A stretch of 64,000 bases of DNA from Candidatus Staskawiczbacteria bacterium RIFCSPHIGHO2_02_FULL_43_16. GTDB taxonomy: Bacteria; Patescibacteriota; Minisyncoccia; Minisyncoccales; Staskawiczbacteraceae. Shown here in pieces: positions 1 to 6,619 of the stretch. Position 1 is the stretch's first letter, and each line of letters begins with the position of its first letter. Below the pieces are notes generated by a model. That model had not been told where the DNA came from, did not search any database, and saw only the letters and a list, made by a program, of their open reading frames with translations. Location of the stretch: assembly GCA_001821935.1 (NCBI GenBank), contig MHOU01000003.1, positions 11,873 to 75,872 on the forward strand, given 5' to 3'. Both the position numbers and the translations under genes were made by a program.

Positions 1-2
1 TT

Positions 3-125
3 GTATTAAATAATAGTGAGCATAAAGATATTAGATGGTTTAGTAGAGAAGATTTGGATAAACCGGAGTTTAATCTTAATGAAGCTGTTAAGTTATATGC
101 AAAAGAGGCGATGAATAGAACTTAA
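3..125 (+). CDS. C-terminal fragment of an upstream gene (partial, hypothetical)
   Basis: Frame 3 from the window edge is open to TAA at 123-125 (…VLNNSEHKDIRWFSREDLDKPEFNLNEAVKLYAKEAMNRT*). No start in window; no recognisable family. Confidence 0.2.
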   Translation, partial: VLNNSEHKDIRWFSREDLDKPEFNLNEAVKLYAKEAMNRT

Positions 126-265
126 CACCAAATTAGATAATTCTATTTTATTTCGTTATCGTCAATCATATAAGGGATTCCACCTCTTCTTCAATATAGG
201 TTCTAATCTGGTCTAATCCCTTCCACAGAATTGAATTTTGACGAAAATTAAGCTAGTATCATTGA

Positions 266-1843
266 ATGATAAAGAAGAAAACTGCTTCGGCAGTCAAGCC
301 CAAAAAGACAAAGGCTCAAGTAATTCCGGAAACGCCGAAAAAACCAATTGAACCCGTCATCAAACGCCCGCCGGTGGTGGTGGTTTTGGGGCACGTGGAT
401 CATGGAAAATCTTCCCTGCTTGAAGCCATCAGAGATTTTAAAATTACCGCCAAAGAGTCCGGCGGAATCACCCAGCATATTGGAGCTTATGAAGTGGAGC
501 AACACGGCAAGCATATCACCTTTATTGATACTCCCGGCCACGAGGCCTTTTCCGCCATGCGTACGCGCGGCGCCAGTGTGGCTGACATTGCGCTTTTAGT
601 GGTTGATGCCGCCCAATCTGTGCAGCCCCAAACCAAAGAGGCCATCAGTGCCATAAAAAATGCTGGTATTCCCATGATTGCGGTGCTAAATAAAATTGAC
701 TTACCCAGCGCCAACCCCCGTAAAATAAAAGAAGAACTTTCGCGCGCCGATGTGTTTGTGGAATCATTGGGCGGCACCGTGCCCTGCGTTGAAGTTTCTG
801 CCAAAGAAAAAACGGGTATAGACGAATTGTTGGAAATTATTTTACTGGTGGCCGATTTGCAGGATTTGACGGCCGATATAAAAAGCCCGGCCGAGGCCCT
901 GGTGATAGAATCGTACATGGACAGCTTAAAAGGTCCCGTGGCGACGGTAATTGTGCAAAAGGGCATTCTGCTTGCCAAAGATATTGTCGCCACCCAGACG
1001 GCCATGGCCAAGATAAAACTGTTGCAAGATTTCCAGGGTAAAACCGTGGAAAAGGTCATGCCCGGATCGCCCACCATTATATTGGGGTTTGAAAAGGTGC
1101 CGGGAGTTGGTGAAGTGTTAAAAAGTTACCCCAGCATGGAAGCGGCCGGCGCGGCTATCAAAACGCATGGCGATAAAAAAGAAATTAATTATGGCGGGGC
1201 GGCAGAGGGTGATGGCTCAAGGAAAACCGCCAATATTATTTTAAAAGGCGATGTCTTCGGGTCACTGGAAGCGATTGATGGCATGTTAAAAACTTTGCCA
1301 AGTGACCAGGTAACCCTGCGCGTCATTAAAGCCGAAGTGGGGGATATCAACGAAAGTGATGCCAAGCTGGCCGAAACCACCGGCGCCCATATCATTGGCT
1401 TTCGGGTGAAAATCAACCCGGGCGTGCTGGCCCTGATGCGCAATGACACCCAAAAAAGGGTGCGCATCAAAACCTTTGATATTATTTATGAACTAATCCA
1501 AGAGGTGCGCAATGGCATGGAAAAATCATTGGACGCCGAAAATGTACGCAAAGAAGTGGGGAAATTGAAAACCATTTTGGTATTCTGGGCTGAAAAAAAC
1601 CGCCAAATTGTGGGCGGAAAAATTACGGAAGGTGAATTGAAAAAAGGCTTGAAGCTGGACGTGGTGCGCGCCGATGTAAAAGTGGGCGCAGGCCGGATTG
1701 TTAATTTACAGCGCGACAAAAAAGATATTGACTTGCTTAAAAAAGGGGACGAGGCCGGGATTTTATTTGAAGGCAACATCAAAATTGAACAGGGGGATAT
1801 TCTGGTGGCGTACGTTGAGGAACGGCAAAAAGGAATACTCTAA
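266..1843 (+). CDS. infB: Translation initiation factor IF-2 (short form lacking the long N-terminal region)
   Basis: G-domain motifs VVVLGHVDHGKSSLLEAIR, DTPGHEAF, NKID. Domain order and length match IF-2. rbfA follows, as in the classical infB-rbfA arrangement. Confidence 0.9.
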   Translation: MIKKKTASAVKPKKTKAQVIPETPKKPIEPVIKRPPVVVVLGHVDHGKSSLLEAIRDFKITAKESGGITQHIGAYEVEQHGKHITFIDTPGHEAFSAMRTRGASVADIALLVVDAAQSVQPQTKEAISAIKNAGIPMIAVLNKIDLPSANPRKIKEELSRADVFVESLGGTVPCVEVSAKEKTGIDELLEIILLVADLQDLTADIKSPAEALVIESYMDSLKGPVATVIVQKGILLAKDIVATQTAMAKIKLLQDFQGKTVEKVMPGSPTIILGFEKVPGVGEVLKSYPSMEAAGAAIKTHGDKKEINYGGAAEGDGSRKTANIILKGDVFGSLEAIDGMLKTLPSDQVTLRVIKAEVGDINESDAKLAETTGAHIIGFRVKINPGVLALMRNDTQKRVRIKTFDIIYELIQEVRNGMEKSLDAENVRKEVGKLKTILVFWAEKNRQIVGGKITEGELKKGLKLDVVRADVKVGAGRIVNLQRDKKDIDLLKKGDEAGILFEGNIKIEQGDILVAYVEERQKGIL

Positions 1844-1887
1844 TTTGAAATTTACAATTTAAAATTTGAAATCAATTTGAAATATTT
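1842..1887. repeat. 45-nt AATTTGA-heptamer element; near-identical inverted copy at 63245..63290
   Basis: aatttgaaatttacaatttAaaatttgaaatcaatttgaaatatt matches the reverse complement of 63245-63290 with one substitution. Both copies lie immediately 3' of a gene (infB here; the pilB-like gene there), in the same orientation relative to that gene. Confidence 0.7.
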
Positions 1888-1899
1888 GAATTTTCAAAT

Positions 1900-1928
1900 G
1901 AGAAAAACCCAGATATCACTACCTGGGT
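1900..1928 (-). terminator. Rho-independent terminator hairpin for the minus-strand small ORF
   Basis: Plus strand has aaaaACCCAGatatcactaCCTGGGT. On the minus strand the stem CCCAG/CTGGG is followed by a T-run (TTTTTCTCATTT). Confidence 0.5.
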
Positions 1929-1949
1929 CTCGACAAACTCACGCGGGCT

Positions 1950-2180
1950 TTATTTAGCCTTGACGGTATTGCGATCATGCACCCGAAAAACCTTCTTGCC
2001 GCCATTTCCCTCCACGGGCTTGCCGCCGGGCCAGTAGAGCCTGCGGCACAAGGGGCATTCACACACATCGATTACAGTCCAATAGCCAGGATTAGCATTG
2101 GCAAGATTGGCCAACACCCCTTTGATATTGGTAATATCTACTTGGCCACTGCAACCAAGTTCCACGCAGGGCTTGAGCAT
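1950..2180 (-). CDS. Hypothetical small Cys-containing protein (76 aa)
   Basis: ORF with CECPLC pair. A terminator hairpin plus T-run lies immediately downstream on the same strand. No recognisable family. Confidence 0.35.
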   Translation of the reverse strand: MLKPCVELGCSGQVDITNIKGVLANLANANPGYWTVIDVCECPLCRRLYWPGGKPVEGNGGKKVFRVHDRNTVKAK

Positions 2181-2249
2181 AGAAATGCCCCTTTCTCGCT
2201 AAGGTGTGGTTTCCCAAAACTAATGGAATATTAATAAAAACTAGTAGCA

Positions 2250-2591
2250 ATGTCAACACGTATTGAAAAAGTGAATTCACTCCTGCAACACGAAATCAGC
2301 AAGATTTTGGCTGCGGATTTTGGGTTTAGCGGGGCTTTGGTGACGCTGACCCACGTTGATACTTCGCCCAATTTAATCCAAACTAAAGCCTATATTTCTG
2401 TCATGCCCGAAGAAAAAACCGACCATGTTATTGGGGTGCTCAACAGAGGCGTCTATGATGTGCAAAAAAAAATTAACAAGATGGTCAACATGCGCCCGGT
2501 GCCTAAAATTATGTTCGTGCGCGACAAAGAAGTTGCGGAAGCTTCACGAGTGGAAGAATTGTTAGAAAAAATTAAGGAAATTGAAAAGTAG
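2250..2591 (+). CDS. rbfA: Ribosome-binding factor A
   Basis: 113 aa. N-terminal RIEKVNSLLQHEISKIL… matches the RbfA pattern. Position after infB is the conserved operon order. Confidence 0.85.
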   Translation: MSTRIEKVNSLLQHEISKILAADFGFSGALVTLTHVDTSPNLIQTKAYISVMPEEKTDHVIGVLNRGVYDVQKKINKMVNMRPVPKIMFVRDKEVAEASRVEELLEKIKEIEK

Positions 2592-2618
2592 CGAAAAGGT
2601 GATAATATAATACCCATT

Positions 2619-2690
2619 GGCCTAGTAGCAAAGTAGTAATGCAAGGGACTGCAAATCCCTTATACGTGGGTGCGATTCCCGCCTAGGCCT
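2619..2690 (+). tRNA. tRNA-Cys (GCA)
   Basis: Cloverleaf read by hand. Acceptor GGCCTAG/CTAGGCC. Anticodon stem AGGGA/TCCCT with loop CTGCAAA (anticodon GCA). T-arm contains GTTCGATTC-like loop (GCGATTC). Confidence 0.75.
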
Positions 2691-4485
2691 CAAGTTGTAA
2701 TTTTTGCCCGGGTGGCGGAAAGGCATACGCGCGACACTTAAAATGTCGTGAGTTTCGACTCATGTGGGTTCGAGTCCCACCCCGGGCACAAGGAGCAACA
2801 AAACGAGTTTCAAAACGGCTTTCAAGCGATTGGAAGCCGTTTTTAGCTTTAAAATCAAGTGTTTTGCCGGATAAATTGAGTTCGGAAAATACAATCTTGG
2901 CTAATTCCTCTTTTTCTTGCGGACTGGCTAAATGGTAGGTGGGAAGGGCTTCTTTTAGCAGTTCGGAAAGTTTTATCACTTCTTGGATAGTTTCTATCAT
3001 AGAAGCCCCGGAAGCCTGTTGTACATTATTTAATGCGTTCAAGCTAAGGTTCAAAGTTGCTTCTTCAGAGGCTAGTTTTTCCGGGCTATATGCACGAGAT
3101 TTAAGAAGCGACAATCTATTGGCGTCCATATAGGCTAAGTCTTCAAGGATTTTCTTTTTCTTGCGCTCAGCTTCTTCCAGGTGATTGGTGCGTTTTTTAT
3201 CCAATTCAACGGCATCAGTATTCGCTAGTTTATCCAAACCAGCAAGCTCGTCTTCTGTAAGCAAGAGTTTGCCCATGATTTCTGTAGTTTCTTTAGTAAG
3301 AAAATTCAAATTGAAGTTCTTATTGGGGTTAGTGCAACCCGGAGCACAGCGTGAACCAAAGTAGATAATCCCCTTTTTCACATAAGGAGTGTACAAGCGA
3401 CTACAGTCCGTACAACGTACTATTCCCCGAAATGGGTAATCAATTACTTTAATGTAGTGAGCACTCTTGTTGCTCTTTTTCAGTTGTGCTTGAACCCTAG
3501 CAAAGAGTTCAGGCTTAGCTAATCCTTCATGGCTGGTGCTCTTGATATACTGCCCATCATTACCTCGTATCATGCCCATATAGAACGGATTTATTAGGAT
3601 TTTATGAATACTGTTATAGGTGGGAATACGGGCTATTTGCTCAATTTTTGCCGGATCATCATCCCCATCATCCGCCAGCATTTCTTCTTTTGTTCGGTGC
3701 CGACGAGCAGGCACCATAGTGAATCCTTGCTCAATCGCCCATCTGGAAAGGTCCATCAAGCTCCATTCTCCGGTCGCATACATTTCAAAGAGCTTGGCTA
3801 TAATCGGCGCACGCTGGGGGTCTTTTGGCTTGTGGAGCATATTTCCCTCATTCAGATAGCCAACCGGCGCCTTATTAATACACAAGCCCGCCGCACGGCT
3901 TTTATGAATGGTTAGCATTACTTTTTCCCTAGTAACGCGGGAATGATGGATTGAAAATGTGCCTTCTATGTCCATCTGTAACTCGCCCGAACTTGTTTTA
4001 TCATAAGTAGCCAGCGCAAATTGTACATCAATTCCAGCTCTCATTAATTTTCGGAGTATGGTTTCGTCGCCCTTGTTTCTGCATGCTCTATCATAGCAAA
4101 GGAATATCACTCCTTTAAAATAGCGCTTGTTAAGCCATTCGGCCAACTTATAGAACTTGGGACGCTCAACGCGGTACTGGACGCTATTATTCGCCCCAAA
4201 CACCATGTCAAAGTCTTCCTTAAAGGCAGAGTGTTTTTCGGAAATAACTCCGTCCTTGATAAAGTTGTCCAGAGAAATGGGGGCAATCGGAATCTTTTTT
4301 ACGAAAGCGAACCTGGTATTTTCTGCCAGTTGGTATTTTATAGAATTTTTCTGATTATCTGAGTCGTCCGTGCTTTTACGGTTATAGATGAGGTAATAAT
4401 CACGGTATTTGCCAGCAATGATGTCTTTTTCTATTTGTGTAATTTCCATATGTTTATTTATGGTTAATATTATTTTACAAAACAC
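2683..4485 (-). CDS. Large serine recombinase (resolvase/invertase-family integrase); its 3' end runs antisense through tRNA-Leu and tRNA-Cys
   Basis: N-terminal resolvase domain with the catalytic Ser context (YNRKSTDDSDNQ…SIKYQ) and the DRxxR-like motif (FLCYDRACRN). Recombinase domain follows. Zinc-ribbon (CTDCSRLYTPY…CAPGC) and coiled-coil tail as in large serine recombinases. The last ~35 codons are the reverse complement of the two tRNAs. Confidence 0.85.
   Translation of the reverse strand: MFCKIILTINKHMEITQIEKDIIAGKYRDYYLIYNRKSTDDSDNQKNSIKYQLAENTRFAFVKKIPIAPISLDNFIKDGVISEKHSAFKEDFDMVFGANNSVQYRVERPKFYKLAEWLNKRYFKGVIFLCYDRACRNKGDETILRKLMRAGIDVQFALATYDKTSSGELQMDIEGTFSIHHSRVTREKVMLTIHKSRAAGLCINKAPVGYLNEGNMLHKPKDPQRAPIIAKLFEMYATGEWSLMDLSRWAIEQGFTMVPARRHRTKEEMLADDGDDDPAKIEQIARIPTYNSIHKILINPFYMGMIRGNDGQYIKSTSHEGLAKPELFARVQAQLKKSNKSAHYIKVIDYPFRGIVRCTDCSRLYTPYVKKGIIYFGSRCAPGCTNPNKNFNLNFLTKETTEIMGKLLLTEDELAGLDKLANTDAVELDKKRTNHLEEAERKKKKILEDLAYMDANRLSLLKSRAYSPEKLASEEATLNLSLNALNNVQQASGASMIETIQEVIKLSELLKEALPTYHLASPQEKEELAKIVFSELNLSGKTLDFKAKNGFQSLESRFETRFVAPCARGGTRTHMSRNSRHFKCRAYAFPPPGQKLQLEA
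2706..2788 (+). tRNA. tRNA-Leu (TAA), long variable arm
   Basis: Acceptor GCCCGGG/CCCGGGC. Anticodon stem CGACA/TGTCG with loop CTTAAAA (TAA). Long variable arm tgagtttcgactcat. T-arm GTGGGTTCGAGTCCCAC. Confidence 0.8.
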
Positions 4486-4775
4486 ACATCTTCTTCACTA
4501 ATTTCGACTTCGCAGAATGGGATTGGCGCACATTTGAAAATATTCCACATCTTGCCGCCAGAATATACATAAAGGTATTCCTCAGCAACTAGACGTTTGC
4601 GGATACGCCTTAATACACCGCCAAAAGCAGTGATATTTTTAGTGGCTTCATCATCAAATCCATTTTTAACGCTGATAGCACTATTTTCTATATTTTCATT
4701 CATAAGATTGGGAAATTTAGTATTATTATTACTAATATTACTAAAGTCCCTCACCGCCAATCGGTTAGCGAACAT
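4470..4775 (-). CDS. Hypothetical protein (start chosen at internal Met MFANR…; the ORF track gives 4470..4859)
   Basis: ORF on the element side of the recombinase. Using the longer start it overlaps the upstream ORF by 95 nt. No family recognised. Confidence 0.3.
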   Translation of the reverse strand: MFANRLAVRDFSNISNNNTKFPNLMNENIENSAISVKNGFDDEATKNITAFGGVLRRIRKRLVAEEYLYVYSGGKMWNIFKCAPIPFCEVEISEEDVCFVK

Positions 4776-5145
4776 CGGCTTTGGGAATAACCGGATACTG
4801 TAAGGTCTTGGAGCAACCACTGCTTCCAAAATGTGGGCAGCCGAAGAAAATTCCGGCATCTGCCCTCCTAGTTCGCATAAGCATCTTAACCTTATGGTCT
4901 GGGCATTCTGGGAAAGCCATAACCTCTTTGGGGTTTACTTGTCCACCCATGCTCTTTTCAACGACTTCAATCTGTTCTTTTATCTCTCGGTATAGTTTAA
5001 CGGCACCTTCAACACTTTCTTCATAAAGATTGACCATTATTGATGACCTGATAATTGTGCCATCACTTGCCCGATCTACGGAGTAGTTAACGTGGACTCT
5101 ATTATTTGGATCAAACATATTTTTATTTGATGTATTAAAAAACAC
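4765..5145 (-). CDS. Hypothetical protein with a degenerate topoisomerase-type zinc-ribbon-like C-terminus
   Basis: C-terminal CPDH…FFGCPHFGSSGC resembles the CPxCG…FxGCSxYPxC zinc-ribbon pattern. Otherwise unassigned. Confidence 0.4.
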   Translation of the reverse strand: MFFNTSNKNMFDPNNRVHVNYSVDRASDGTIIRSSIMVNLYEESVEGAVKLYREIKEQIEVVEKSMGGQVNPKEVMAFPECPDHKVKMLMRTRRADAGIFFGCPHFGSSGCSKTLQYPVIPKADVR

Positions 5146-5186
5146 TCCGGACTAGGGAGTGTTGATGATTATTAATCATTTAACGT

Positions 5187-5387
5187 CTATTTTGAACCGC
5201 CAGCCGGTTCACCTTGAACCGGCAGACGAGTAATAGTAATAACTCCTTGGCCGTATTTGACTTCGAACTTACTGCCAATAGAGAAATCTGCCTTGAGCAA
5301 AAAACTATTGGTAATCCTTAGCATAGGTTTGCTGTTATCATCCCCGGGAGCACGTGTGATGGTCATAACTCTTTTTATGTTATTCAT
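5187..5387 (-). CDS. AbrB/MazE/SpoVT-family (swapped-hairpin) DNA-binding protein
   Basis: 66 aa. MLRITNSFLLKADFSIGSKFEVKYGQGVITITRL fits the looped-hinge beta-barrel pattern of AbrB/MazE antitoxins and regulators. Confidence 0.5.
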   Translation of the reverse strand: MNNIKRVMTITRAPGDDNSKPMLRITNSFLLKADFSIGSKFEVKYGQGVITITRLPVQGEPAGGSK

Positions 5388-5608
5388 AATAATGTGAATG
5401 CTTGTGCCAGGCTGGTTCGACTAGCCAGCCAAAGAATATCAGTGGCGTTTTATTTAAAAATATTCCACTTATAAAAGTTGGTAGACCATGGTTGTGCTGA
5501 TGAATGAGTATTGGGCGATAGACATTGGGGGGTCGTTTAGCTAACTTCAAGGCGTGACTTGAGCCTCAGACTGAGAGGAACCGAGAGACGGTTATTTCAC
5601 CACAGGGA

Positions 5609-6076
5609 ATGGGACCCCTTTTGAAACGATCCCCGGTTCAGTCTGAAAATTTTGCGCATTTTTTTTCAAAACGAGGAAAACAGTGGGCTTGTTGTATGAT
5701 TTATGATATGGCATGGAAACCAGATATAGGGCATTTAAAAAGTAAAGAACTGCTAAATCGGCGGAGGTTTTATCGGTTACTTAGCGAACAAAGCAATTTC
5801 GTTGACCATGACTTGGCTCTGATTTTTTATACCGGCTTGCTGGTATTGGTGCATGAGGAACTGCGTCAAAATAAGTTTTGCAGATTACCGGGATTGGGGG
5901 ATTTTGTATCGATGGAACAGAAAAGACGGCCGGCGTGGTGCGGGAAAGCACATTTAGTAATTGAGCCAAGACAAATCATAAAATTTTACCCAGCTGAGCG
6001 CTTAAGACGATACTTTGGCAAGCGTCAAGGGTTTCCGCGCTATAGCGAGGTGATGCCGCCAAAACCAATCCAATAG
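5609..6076 (+). CDS. Divergent HU/IHF-like DNA-binding protein (start uncertain, possibly near 5712 at MAWKPD)
   Basis: C-terminal half CRLPGLGDFVSMEQKRRPAWCGKAHLVIEPRQIIKFYPAERLRR matches the HU/IHF arm pattern (GFGxF…RxGRNPxTGxxIxIxAxxVxxFxxGxxLK). It is divergently transcribed from the AbrB-like gene. Confidence 0.45.
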   Translation: MGPLLKRSPVQSENFAHFFSKRGKQWACCMIYDMAWKPDIGHLKSKELLNRRRFYRLLSEQSNFVDHDLALIFYTGLLVLVHEELRQNKFCRLPGLGDFVSMEQKRRPAWCGKAHLVIEPRQIIKFYPAERLRRYFGKRQGFPRYSEVMPPKPIQ

Positions 6077-6224
6077 CCCCTGTATATCGGAGATTTGAAG
6101 CCATCCTGCGTGCAGGGGAGTTGTGGATATTATCTAGGTATAGCTCAGTAAAAATGGCAATTTGACACAGCTTTGCTCGATTATTCAAAAGCATCCTCTG
6201 GTAGAACAAGCTTAAAAGTACACA

Positions 6225-6261
6225 AAAAGCCCCTATTTCCAGACTAAATATGGGCTTTTTG
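6225..6261 (+). terminator. Terminator-like hairpin after the HU-like gene
   Basis: AAAAGCCCC-ctatttccagactaaatat-GGGCTTTTT: stem plus 3' T-run. Confidence 0.4.
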
Positions 6262-6375
6262 CTTAAATCAAGAATAAAAAGGGACTGAGCTATGATTACA
6301 AATAAGGTATTGCTGAATAAAAAGCAATACGGTCGATAATGATCAAATCATTAACAATAAGTAGTAATAAAATCT

Positions 6376-6558
6376 ATGGATACAAAAGATATAAATGAAT
6401 TATTTATTTTTAGGCGTTCATGCGAAAAGTGTGATCATCAATGGTTTCCTCGTGCAAGTAGTCCCCAAAGGTGTCCACGATGCCAAACCTGGCTCGATAA
6501 GCCTAGTAGCAAGGGAGCGCCGAAAGTAAACGAAGTGCCTGCTGGTAAATTCCAGTAG
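6376..6558 (+). CDS. Small zinc-ribbon protein (CxxC…CxxC)
   Basis: 60 aa with CEKCDHQW…CPRCQTW. It lies just upstream of the replicase gene. Confidence 0.4.
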   Translation: MDTKDINELFIFRRSCEKCDHQWFPRASSPQRCPRCQTWLDKPSSKGAPKVNEVPAGKFQ

Positions 6559-6619
6559 CACTGTAAACAAAACCCCACGCTAGAAACGTGGGGCAATACT
6601 AATTAAATTAATCAATCAA

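Noticed and set aside
1977-2280. ORFs 1977..2234 (+) and 2092..2280 (-)
   Set aside because: Mutually overlapping alternatives to 1950..2180 (-). Only the latter has a same-strand terminator; all are low confidence.
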